From Bugula neritina (taxonomy: Eukaryota > Animalia > Bryozoa): a stretch of DNA of 64,000 nt. A model generated the notes under the pieces. The model saw only the letters and a list, made by a program, of their open reading frames with translations, ran no database searches and was not told where the DNA came from. Where the stretch lies: positions 5,798,741 to 5,862,740 of the forward strand of contig OZ037768.1 in NCBI GenBank assembly GCA_964035545.1, written 5' to 3'. This document shows positions 20,901-30,585 of the stretch, piece after piece (position 1 is the stretch's first letter; every line of letters starts with the position of its first letter). The position numbers and the translations under genes are program-made.

Positions 20901-22617
20901 ATACTATTATAAAAGAAATATTTGTACAAAACAGGACTTGCTATACCTTCAGCATAGCAGAGTAGATCACCAGCCTGTAACTGCAACTGTTATATGTTTT
21001 TATAGTTAATTCAACATACATTGACCAGTGCAGCTGAATTATTTGGTAGCAATGTGGACACAGGACTATTGGCTGCATTGAAATCATCTGCTCAAGAAGG
21101 TGAAGCTGATAGAGTTGACAATATTTCCTCCCAAATAAGAGATCACACGGATCAGATACAGGAAGTAAGCTAGAGGCTGATTGATTTACTAGTTGATTGT
21201 TTTTGCTGTAGCTCTGGACAATACAGTCGTGTCATTAAAAGCTCAACTTTATTATTGAATGGAAAATAATGTTACATTTTCTTCTGTTTTGTTATAGTCC
21301 ATTGGTTGTATCTTTATGTGGCTCTATCCTCATTATTCTTTATTCACATTATAATAGGTTTTTTGTAACATAATTCTTGTAGTAAGAGAAGTGAGTAGGT
21401 TAGTGTTACATTGTTGTTCTATGAATGTGTTACAGATTAGTAAGCAGTTGCAGCATGTGGCACCAACAGACTCTTTCTATATCAGAGTGAAGTACACTGC
21501 TAACTATCTGTTGTCATTAACTGAACTGGTATATTTTAGTTACACAGTATTGTGTTCTATTTCATATTCAGTATCACATTAAGATATGTCTGGACACTTT
21601 TAGCAACGAAAAGTACAAAATAAAATTTATGTTTAAAAAATGTTGGTGCAGCAAATGGATTATTTTAGTCGATGGGGCCAAATAAGACATTCTTAGTAAT
21701 CTATTATTTACTGTTGCAACAGATTTTTTGTTTTTGTTTTTTTTTAACGTAAGCTTTAACTTTCTTGCTACGATTATCAGATATTTAATTATTTATAACA
21801 GATTTATTTAAAAACAGCCAATTATGTTTTATTCTACTAAACTTAAATGCTGGTCTGTAATTTATATTTTTGTATACGAGTCAGTTTACTTCATTTAGTA
21901 CACACCAGCAACGTATGACCTAACATTAAAGTTTGCTCAAAACCAATTGAAATTTACTATACATGCTATTTTTATGTGCTGGTTGTAACTAGGCATAACA
22001 GAAAAGGCTGGAAGGGGATTCCCCAACATTAAAGCACAGGTCATTGTCATATGCACTTAATATTCTATATGTGCTACCGTTACGAAAAAACCGTAACGGT
22101 CCGTAACCAAAACTAGCTGAATAATTAGGGAAAAACATAGGAAATGAAGCAAAATTAAAAAGAACTTTGATTATTTAGGTGTATTTATTGGTGTTTTACT
22201 AGTTTTGGCCAAAATACCATGTTCATTACCAGCTAAATTGTGAAAAATAGCCAAAAACTGAAGATATCCAGTGTGTACTAAATTAAGTAAAATGACCCAT
22301 ACGGGAGCTCTTTCTTAAAACACTCAATGTTCAGTTTTAAGAAATGCTATTATCACTACCCTTTTAAAAGCTCATTTAGTCATTACGACAAGCCATTAAA
22401 GTCTTTTTCACACACCTACAAGCTCACCAGGCAGCTTGTGTTACTTACTTGTTGCTGTTTGCAGTTGCTGTCAAGTGCTGAGGTATATTGCTCTCATGGT
22501 GTGAGCAAGGCAGCAGCTGAAGGCTATTCAACAATGGCTGACTCGTGGGTGGTCCTCATTGGTGAACTAGCGGCAGCAGCTGAAGAGCTTCAGGAGTCTC
22601 TCTACTACAGAACTTGA
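8958..22617 (+). CDS. CTNNAL1: Alpha-catulin-like (vinculin/alpha-catenin family) protein, about 512 aa, lacking the C-terminal tail domain
   Basis: 11 exons: 8958-9095, 10744-10942, 11935-12077, 12369-12488, 12714-12803, 18947-19114, 19565-19771, 20107-20175, 21006-21164, 21436-21528, 22465-22617 (TGA). Motifs LDIRTKTIELTLLP, KVLVLAD, FSNFGAQMVEF..GERQ, CLRHP, EFTDSAYTPHQHRE, QDLRRQL and ADSW are colinear with alpha-catulin. Two introns need GC donors. AATAAA at 22844. Confidence 0.85.
13042..13553 (+). repeat. 5' LTR (512 bp)
   Basis: Direct repeat of 18157-18668 with no difference found by eye. TATA at 13362, TCAGTT initiator at 13392-13397, AATAAA at 13436-13441. Confidence 0.97.
13311..13397 (+). 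promoter_or_regulatory. LTR core promoter: HSE-like pentamer array, TATA and Inr
   Basis: aGAAt-cTTCt (13311-13320) and gGAAt-gCTTg-aGAAt-gTTCt-aGAGt (13326-13350). TATAAATA at 13362 lies 32 nt upstream of the A in TCAGTT (13394). Confidence 0.65.
13556..13572 (+). other. Primer-binding site, tRNA-Pro-like
   Basis: TGGGGGCTGCTCCGGGA begins 2 nt after the 5' LTR. The canonical tRNA-Pro PBS is TGGGGGCTCGTCCGGGA (15/17 match, CG replaced by GC). Confidence 0.8.
13650..18110 (+). CDS. Gag-Pol polyprotein: coiled coil, capsid/SCAN-like domain, 2 CCHC knuckles, protease, integrase, RT, RNase H
   Basis: CFICKDKSHIARNC and CSHCKMNNHNTSDC knuckles (14628-14732); protease RDTGC (~14964); integrase H..GHLG..CQSCDIC, IDLIGP, SDQGTQF, NGLVEKFNGTLK, WQGPF (~15525-16460); RT DYRKLN, LDLSKGYWQI, MPFG, YIDD (~17298); RNase H TDAS, EKECLA, TDHQPL, ADYLSR. 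Confidence 0.97.
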   Translation: MALLERVTQMGKDLGLVEDKLVAFVEKNLPIVAAQEEKEKDREERRLEREAEKIRQENEKALMEMKIKADQEATAFKVKADQETMALKIKADQEAEERRQQHELDMEKLKANTSLEHSRHESTRLEIANKPKPKIPFFDEKVDEMDSYLERFEWVAEGCNWDKGDWPYHLSQYLRGTATEAYIRLSPTDRRDYKKVKEALLERFNLTQEGYRKKLREAEAYEDETPAQLFTRIESYVHKWVELSGGMDIAKLVATEQFISSCPDDLAVHLKQSSYNSSEDMCDAASLFLHARGRKLAKTKKTNIKRMENTPTGSMNAEQGSKSEGACFICKDKSHIARNCPRRGKKYCSHCKMNNHNTSDCRKYGGRSVHAAAAIAITQNKTVVTDPGISSKGEEPTEITVNGKKFVNAAVCKNGPKFKDGGTAIFDAEVNGQRATVMRDTGCGCIVVNAKYVQSQHLTGESVYLNMADASVREAQWALISVRSPFYNGVVKAAVMDKTICDLLIGNVDGARSADQPLENWKDCAVTTRAQAVKEKSGDKPLMIDSNANPLSIGKDEIARLQRDDPTLERFFDAKEVKEKKGCTTRFVVRNKILYREYTDSKSVSVKPVKQLMVPSSLRKEVLQKAHDCIMSGHLGVKKTTDRVLSNFFWPGLNGDVVRFCQSCDICQKTVKKGSVMKVPVQETPLIDTPFKRCAIDLIGPINPPSEKGHRYILTLVDYATRYPEATPLKNIDSATVAEALLDIYSRVGIPEEVISDQGTQFISDYMKEFTRLLDMRQLPTSPYHAMANGLVEKFNGTLKSMLKKLCAKEPRQWHRFINAALFAYREVPQESTGFAPFELLYGRTVRGPMYILRQLWTKEDTADEVKTCYQHVFELRERLDDMMEMALASLKDSQKRYKHYFDKKAKQRDFRPGDKVLILLPTDGNKLLMHWQGPFNIEEKVRLNDYIINIRGKRRTYHANMLKKYFEREAPTDPMTVGAVMTLDAAGTGVIDHDEEREEGQDDLLDLYGKKQQTETSKDVILGEELENQQRRRLEELIRKFEGIFSDLPGNATGIEHSIELTTDEPVKSKPYGLPYRVRETLKADIEDMLKMGVIRPSTSPYASPTVIVKKPDGSNRICIDYRKLNRVTVFDPEPMVKTDDVFRKLSKDKYFTKLDLSKGYWQIPVKKEDIPKTAFVTPDGHYEFIKMPFGMVNSGATLVRGLRKLFVNLKGVDNYIDDILVHTESWEEHVKTLTEVFSRLATAGLTVRPSKCRVGGTNTEFIGHKLYRGEIKPMDDNIEKIRAAPRPTNKTQVRSFIGLTSYYREYIPHYSTIASPLTDLTKKGEPKKVKWQEPQEKAYTSLKTMLTSAPILKLPDVHKPFVLRTDASDVGLGAVLMQPQDGKLFPVSYASRKLLDRERNYSAIEKECLAVVWAVKKYLQYLYGVEFVLQTDHQPLVYINQAKFENSRVMRWAMYLQNFRIKVESIKGKDNVGADYLSRIDSEF
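18145..18155 (+). other. Polypurine tract
   Basis: AGAATGGGGGG one base before the 3' LTR. Confidence 0.85.
18157..18668 (+). repeat. 3' LTR (512 bp)
   Basis: Matches 13042-13553 and is followed by the TSD ACCAG. Confidence 0.97.
21877..22299. mobile_element. Foldback/MITE family A, copy 1 (left arm largely lost)
   Basis: 22112-22299 aligns with 56692-56866. The left terminus CGAGTCAGTTTACT at 21877 is an imperfect inverse of the right terminus AGTAAAATGACCCA. TA flanks both ends. Confidence 0.75.
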
Positions 22618-23534
22618 TTGACTTGCCTTCCTGTCGCATTTCTAGTTTTGACTTTTTTTTATTAATTTTTTGTTCTTTGATTTGAATTATGCTTTTTTAT
22701 TAGCCACCATTTTTTAATATTTTTTGTCATAGAATTGGTTTCATTCTGGGATATCCTTTACAATATCCCTGCTTTTATAAACATATTAAGTTATTTGCCT
22801 GCAATCACTTTTGTTGATTTCAAAGAAGTAATGTGTCATGTGCAATAAAGCCATTTTGCTATTTACCCCAGCTGGTTAGGATTTATGTTATACTAACAGT
22901 TGAAGTTCAAATATCATTGTAAACTAAAAAAACAAAATGTATAAAACAGTTTCATGACTAGCAGAGATTCATGCTGTATAGGCTTAACTTTTACTCTAAA
23001 ACTCTGTTTGAGAATTTTATCAAAAATTTTAATGGTGATTTATTAAATAAAATCCCTTTTTCCACGACTTACTTTGAAAAAGTCACTATTGGATTCTCAG
23101 TTTTTGAATAAAAATTTGATTTTGATTTCGCTAATCTTCATAGCCTTGAGAAAAACATAAAAAGCGTGTAAAGCCGTTCAAAAAATTGTAAAATTATGTG
23201 AGGCATATGTCATCTTTCCAAATTTCCTCCATTCTGCAGGTTTTTATGATCATTATTTCCTAATTATACTATTGTTAAGACTCTCGCTAAGTGTGCACAG
23301 CAGTCAGTTGTTTTTAGCTTCCATATCAGATGATTGCCATAGAGTTGTCTTTTCATAAAACTCAATAATCTCATTTTGTGCATTCTTTTATGGTGGGTTT
23401 TGTTTTATAAAAACATTTGCACAGTAATATGCATACAAAGCCACTTGGTAATTTTTATTATATTTATTGAGTTTCATAATAATAATATAAGCAGACTATA
23501 TTTAACTCACCAGACCAACGTCAGATATAATGTT

Positions 23535-23760
23535 ATAAACTCAGGCAAGTTTATAGTCACTATCCCTGTAAGAAACCCCTGATGAGAAGGGTTATTGTTA
23601 AAGCTGGCTAAGGACTTATTTAGATGAGGCACAACAGAAATTATGACTGGATGCTCTTCCTAGCATCACCAATGGCTTTTGTGGGGGGGGGGGGGGTTTG
23701 GACCCATGACTTCGTGGTTACTAGGCAAACGCTCTAACCCCTAGACCACGGCTGCTCCCT
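23535..23760 (-). mobile_element. tRNA-derived SINE with 12-bp TSD
   Basis: Minus-strand head has an A-box TGGTCTAGGGG and a B-box-like GGTCCAAAC. TSD AGATATAATGTT at 23523-23534 and 23761-23772. The body resembles the copies at ~54565 and ~62400. Confidence 0.8.
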
Positions 23761-25658
23761 AGATATAATGTTGTTATATTATGTAGAAAAGTAAGCATCT
23801 AGATTCTAGGCAGTTATATAAAGTAGTGCTTTTAACATTAACAGAAATGTATATTAATGTCCTAGATATTATATTTAATATTATATTTATCATTATATTC
23901 ATTATTATTATTATTATTAATCATAATGCTAACCAGCATAAAAAGTTAATAATGCTCAGATTCGTCTGCATGAGTTAAGGAGTTTTCCCTACTACACTAA
24001 ATCTGTGAACCAGCTCCGAGTGTTCCAGGACAAATACTTCACATTCATTATAGTGAAGGAAATTAATTAATGATTGACATTTTCCGTTTCCGTTTTGCTA
24101 ATCTCAATTTTTTCATATTTTCATTCAAGTTGACTGTAGAGTTGGATACAGTGATGGCCTAATATTAATGTAAGCCATTTAATATCTGTTTATAATTGAT
24201 ATTGATTTAATTATTAGGATAATAACCGCATGTTTTAAATAGCAAAATAAAGTGAATGTCATTGTAAATGTGATACTAATTGAGTAATTAATATTGTACC
24301 CAGTCAGTGTCACAGTTGACGTTGTACTTGTCGTTGACACTGTGGCCGTGGGTGTGGCCAGCAGTTGGAAGTTGAAATTGAACTAAATTTAAACTTTGAG
24401 TTAACAATAATGATCATAAAAATATAAACCATTATGATTATCATAATGATATTGATGATCATAATCGTATCAGTATGACTATGACATTGACTATGAGAGT
24501 GATTATGACTATCACTATGAGTATGAGATTGAGTAACAGTAACACCAATACTAACAGTATGAGTAACACTAACAATAAGACTAAGTGTTACTGTAAGTGA
24601 GTATAACTTGAACTATTAGATTAAGTATAAATAACTAATAAGTATGAGTACCTGGACCAAAGTTGAAGTATTTGTATGTGAATTTTGAAGGCTTCTAAAA
24701 CCTGATGCCGATGGGTGATTATTCTCTTGAAGTTGGTTGGCGACAGGTACAGTAGTAACTGTATGAAGAAAATACTAAAAGTAAATGGAACAATTGCAAA
24801 ATTTTGAGACTTTGAAAGTTAAAATTAAACACTAACAGATATCCACATTAGTATGCTCATGTTGATATTCCATGTTTAACCTTATGCTAATTTTGATATG
24901 ATAATGTTAATAATCATAATGGTTTACAATAATCGTGATGATAAGCATAACCTGAGCAATAATTCAAATTATAAATAGATCACCATATAATTATGTTATA
25001 ATTAATATTTCCATAGTAATTGTTTGACCCTGTCGACTTTCAACCGGTCAATAGTAATAATAATTGCTAATGAAGATTAGATTGAAGATAGAAATTACCA
25101 GTGCACTACAATAAATTATAAGAATTATTTAAATTATATGTAGCAAAAATTAAAGAGAAACTAAATATGCTACTACAAGTTCAGCCTTTAGGTTTAACGG
25201 TATTAGAATTAATAGTAGATTGTAGTTTAGTTTATGTTTACTAAATGACCTTTTCTGAACGTTGTTGTTTAAGATCTGTTGCAATTCATTTCTGTAATGT
25301 GAATTTGAGTATAAGTACATTTTTGTGAGCCTTGTCTATGAATAAACAATAATTGACTTTTCGCAACAGCTTTTCAATTTATTTAAATCTATGTTTCCAT
25401 GAAGTAAGTGCATTTAATAAGATTAAAGATTTATAGTTCAAAATGTCACTTTTCAGTTTTTTGACATTGTTATTTTATATCAACAATTTGCATGAATTGC
25501 TCGAGTGTTGAATACATGGTTAGAGGAATCTAAGCTCTTAATCTTCACTTTTGTAAGTGTTGGTTGTTCATTTTTTATGATGACATAATATAATGTATAT
25601 ATGATATAATATGATATAATATAATGAATTGTTTTACAGATAAAAGTTCATATTGCTG

Positions 25659-28600
25659 ATGGCTGTCACAACAATGGTTCTTCGATCAAAAGGCACGCTG
25701 ATATCAGCCGGTGTTTTGCTAGTCACAATAGTTTCTGTCACATTTCTGCTGAATGCCGGCAATCAAGAAACAGATTTGAAAATGTCACAACAGGACACTC
25801 TTAGGGTGAAACCACAAGAGCATTACTTTGAAAGAAACCTCTCACACTATAAACCTTCAGAAGTCTTGCTTCCCTATACTGAAAATGCCCCAGACACTGT
25901 ACATGTTTTGTGGTGTGGCTTAAAGTGGTTTGAGTTTAAACATTTCTTATCACTTCTTAGCATCATGAAAGTACAACAACCTAGTAAAGTTATAATTCAT
26001 CATTGGGATGACAATAAGGTACTGAGAGATAGAAATGATTATAACTTGTGGTATTCACAGTTGCTAGATGAGTACTATAATATTGTGACTAGGAGAAGGG
26101 GGCCTACGGCTCCTGATTGCGAGAATAACACGGTTATGATGGAAAACGTGTTAGATATTTTAAAGAATGGTGGTATTTATGTTAATGATACAATAGTTCT
26201 CACTCGCCATCTTCACCACCTACGGAAACTGCCACTTGCAGCGGGGGTTATTAATAAAAATGGGCCAGTGACTTTCAAAACACTAGCTTATCTAGTTGCT
26301 AAGAAAGGCGAAGCTACATCTGAAAAACTACAAAGTCTACATGAAGATGATTTTAGTTCATGTGCTGTTAGCGGTAAGACTGAGTGATCACTGAAGATTA
26401 CGAGTTAGCAATTTAATTTTGCGGTATTTGTACTCTTCACATCAAATATCAAACTTGGTTTGGTCTGATTATGACTGATTAGGATTATAATAGTTACTTT
26501 TAATGTTGTTTTTTCAGATAGTTTAGAGAAAATAAATACATTACCTTCTGTCCTCCCAACATGCATTTTGATACAACGGAATATTATTCCAGCTAAGATC
26601 ATGGAGACCAAAGATGCACTGAGTCAAGTTGTACGGTAAGGTGTATGCATAGACTGTGAACGCTTTTGTTGGTCAATACAATTATATGTTGTTTATATTG
26701 CCATTATTTTTTATTTGCTTGTGTGCCTTGAGCTTATGCAGTTATATGCAACTTTGCCTGCTAGAGATTTTCTGAAATAAAAAAGAAAACTTGTTTTTCA
26801 GATTAATATATTATGGGTCAACAAAGGTCAAACTCCCTGATTGGTCAATGGATGACCCAATACCAAATATAGGTCACATGGTGTTGTTAGGTGGCTATGA
26901 GATGAATCTACTTTCCTACCTTTCTATTCGAAGTATGATACACTGTGTGGGAGCAGAAGCTATGTACATATATGTTGATGTGGAACCCAAAGGTATATCT
27001 ATATTAGTAATATCTTTTTGTTACAGTATGGTGATATATCAATAAAGGGTAAGTTGCCTGTATCTTCCAACCCCGTTGGCTTTTTCATTGGAATAAACCA
27101 TGTAGAGTTTTAATTTTTGTTGTTGCATGTTGTGCAAGCATGAAGCTTACACTAAAAGTAGAAAATACAGTATGTTCTGGAACTGGCAATACTTGCTGCT
27201 GTTTTACTCGGGAGATGTTGTGGAGTTGAGAATGTTGGTCTTGTTATATAAAAGCCAAGTGTGTTTCATAGAACTTCGTTGCATATAATTATGAGAGAAG
27301 TTTAAACATATTTTGCCTCTTACATTATCATTTATATTGTTTCTTCTATTACCACTTCTGTTGCCATTTATATTTTCGCTTCTATTGCCATTTATATTTT
27401 CGCTTCTATTGCCGCTTCTATTGCCATTTATATTGTCGATTTTACCACCACTTACATTGTCACTTTTACCACCACATCTATTGCTGCATCTCCTGGATGA
27501 TTTTGCAGGTCAATGGTATGAAAAGCTAAAGGCTGAAGAACCACGAGCCGTATTTGTGTATCATGAATGGCCTGGTACTGTGTTTGGTAAGCAAGTAATT
27601 TCTCTTTCCCACCTAGACGACTGTAGTCCTGTACGCCTATACGCACTCATCCACTCAATACTTCAATACATTAGGACCTTGCTTTGCAATTGTTCTCCTA
27701 GAATATCTTATTAGTGTAATGGGTAAATAATGCATTTGCTCTTTTGACTTCCATTTTGAACTGGTTGTCGCGTAGATTGATTTGATTTTATGGTATATGA
27801 TTATTTTTGTATTTTCTTGACTAATCATGACACGTTATCAAAGCTGCCTTGAGTTAAAACATTGTTATTCTCTGCTACACCAGGACACCCCATATCCGAT
27901 GGCTCTCACGCTAGTGACCTCATGAGGTTTGACCTACTTTACCGGTTTGGGGGAATTTACGTAGACTGGGATGCAGTGATGCTCCGCCCTCTCGGGCATC
28001 TCAAGGGCTATGGATTTGTAACTAATTTTGATTGGCCAGACTGGCACCCGCCATATCCTGACGTCATCAACAACGGTGTTTCCGCTGGTAAAAAAGGTCT
28101 GTGTGTATTCCAATGTTTATTTCTTGAATAATTTTATAAGTAGCATGAAATCGTATTTATTTCAACTTATGCAATGTTTTAAAATCTAACAAAGACTAAT
28201 AATCTGTTGTTAGCTTTCATGTTTTCCTCCATTTACTTTTTTACTAAGTTTATTACATTGTAAAACAAGACTGCACAGTGTGAGAGTCAAGGTCAATATT
28301 TTATTGTTGGCACTGCATCAATGTCTTGAACAGTTTTATTGTATTACAAACCCTATTTTTGAAGATTTAAAATTTGCATTTGCCGCGTTGAGTCAATCTG
28401 GGATGTTGTTCATGCAACGCTAAAACTTGTTAAATATCATAACCTTAAAATAAATGTGCGAAAAGGAATAAGCTTCTGCAACACTAAATGATGTTAGATT
28501 CCGTTACATTTATTTATAGGATCGGAATTCCTCCGTAAGTCTTTAATGAAGTTCCGATCGTATAACCCTAAAGGAGACTGGTACTACATGGGTTTAATGA

Positions 28601-29204
28601 TGCCGTACAAGCTCTACGAACAGTACCCGGAGCTCGTCAAGATTGAGAGGAAACTACAAGTCATATGCTACCAGCTCAAGTGTCATCCCGTCTTTCTCCC
28701 TGGCTATCACGATGAGAAGATACATCATCTCAACGGTGCTAGCTTCGACTGGAAAGAGGTATCATTTAGTTATATGGCTAAAGTCTGTGTGTCTAATTAT
28801 ACATTTAAACCGATTGTTGCAGGGTAAAACAAATTATGCCCAAATTCCTTCATTTTACTCACTTTTATGCTCTTTTGTATAAACCTGTGTTATACATATT
28901 AGAGTTGTCTCCTTTCATTCCAATGCCATAAAAAGGTTGTTCAACATATGTAGAGTTGTCTGCTCTGTTATATGTAGAGTTGTGTGCTCTTGTATATGTA
29001 GAGTTGTGTGCTCTTGCATATGTAGAGTTGTGTGCTCTTTTATAGGTGTATGCATTTCATTGGACACAGCCGAGTCCACGAGAGCTCCTCAACATGACTT
29101 TGTTACAGACTGCTAAAGGAATGTTTGCAGACGTGGGCAGGTACGTGCTCAGCTGTGATAGGGAGAAGACATTAGCCAAACTAGTCGGCTCCCACCAGCT
29201 CTAA
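25659..29204 (+). CDS. Type II membrane glycosyltransferase with tandem GT32 (A4GNT/A4GALT-like DXD) domains, about 570 aa
   Basis: Exons 25659-26373, 26518-26635, 26802-26992, 27509-27586, 27884-28096, 28520-28758, 29046-29204, all in phase. N-terminal TM LISAGVLLVTIVSVTFLL. Domain 2 has IPNIGHMV, SDLMRFDLLYRFGGIYVDWD, NNGV and AFHW. Domain 1 has APDTVHVLW and GGIYVNDT. Confidence 0.88.
27325..27485. repeat. Degenerate 12/24-bp minisatellite in GT32 intron 3
   Basis: Units of the type CTTCTATTGCCA and TTTATATTTTCG are repeated. Confidence 0.8.
28946..29040. repeat. 24-bp tandem repeat x4 abutting the last 3' splice site of the GT32 gene
   Basis: ATATGTAGAGTTGTGTGCTCTTGY-type units at 28946, 28970, 28994 and 29018. 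Confidence 0.9.
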
Positions 29205-30585
29205 CCACTAAGGTCATCAAAGGTGCTATTTATTACTTTGTCATTGCTAAAAATCCATTATGCTACATTCCACATGCATTGAAGTATAAGCTACAAGACA
29301 GCGTTGTTTTCCATAATTTTGCTTCAATTTATTTGTTGATATGAGAATTATGGGTTTTTTCTATTAATTTATAATGCCTATAAAAAGTACTTTTAGGTTT
29401 GTCTATTAGGGTTATAAAACATGCTATGCTTTCTACACATTTAACTCTTGCAATCTCAATACATTCCATGGAAAACATTTATTTTTTACCCTTTTCGTTT
29501 AATTATTATGAATCTTTCTTAAACTTATTTTCAAGTTAAAAGCATAACATTCCAGTGTATTTTTTGTGATATATTTGGCAAAGGGTAGTATTACAGTACC
29601 TTTATACCTATAGCATAACTTTAATAGTATTCAACTAACTTAGCACTACCATCATAGTTTACAATAGTTATATACCGTAACTAACACATTGATGCTGCTA
29701 GCATAATCTCTATCAAAAATAATCTCATTTTATTCTAGAATTGCTTTTGGTAGATCTTAGTCTGTAACACCCACTAGATCTATATGATTAGCATGTATTT
29801 TTATTCCTCTCGCTGTTTTACAAAAATTTATTAAATTTTTTTCACATTGGTTAGCATTTTCTTAATCTGTATATACTTATCGTTACTGTTATTTACCCAA
29901 GGGTTTACTGTTTTCACGTGGCAGAGTTTTGAGTTTTACACATTTTGTTGGTTTTGGAAAGTTTATTAGCCAAATAATATAATGAATCACAATTTGGTCT
30001 TCTTACAATGTTGAGTATAAATAAACTGCTGCCTACGTTTGCTGCCTGCGTTTGCTAATATTTTTAGAACTGATGTGTTTATCACATGATGACTATAGTC
30101 ATTGCAATCAGTTCATCTTGCACCCACTGCAGCCATATCTCTGCACCTTCAGAAAAATATATTATATTATTAATATATGTGTTGGCAAGTTATATATAGC
30201 CGTTAGCCAGCATAAGTACAAAACATATCTGTTGGCCTATATCTCACAGCAGGATGCTGATTACTACAAACATTGTAGGTAATTATGTTGGTTAATAGTT
30301 AATAGATTGACTATTTACATGCCAATAAATGGCTAAAGCTATTTTTCGTTATTAATCTAAACAAAAAAAAACAATATTTCACATTAACCTTCGCTGCATG
30401 ATTATATTTGCATTGTACAACATTTTATATTATAATTATATTATAGCAAATGCGCTATAGATATAAATAATTATTTAGAAATTCGTAGGCATTGAAATAT
30501 ACAATAATTTGTATCCAAAATAGGTATAAGGATAAATTCCCAACATGTCTATGGGAATATGGATGAAATTAGTCCAAGAAATAAT

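Noticed and set aside
23750-23758. 9-bp identity (GGCTGCTCC) between the SINE head and the retrotransposon PBS
   Set aside because: Short, and it lies at the SINE 5' end, which cannot prime reverse transcription; probably chance.
23700-23760. Functional tRNA genes here and at ~54570 and ~62400
   Set aside because: No complete cloverleaf; they run into a shared SINE body and one has a TSD.
28946-29040. CRISPR-like array
   Set aside because: Units are contiguous with no spacers, the context is a eukaryotic intron, and there are no cas genes.
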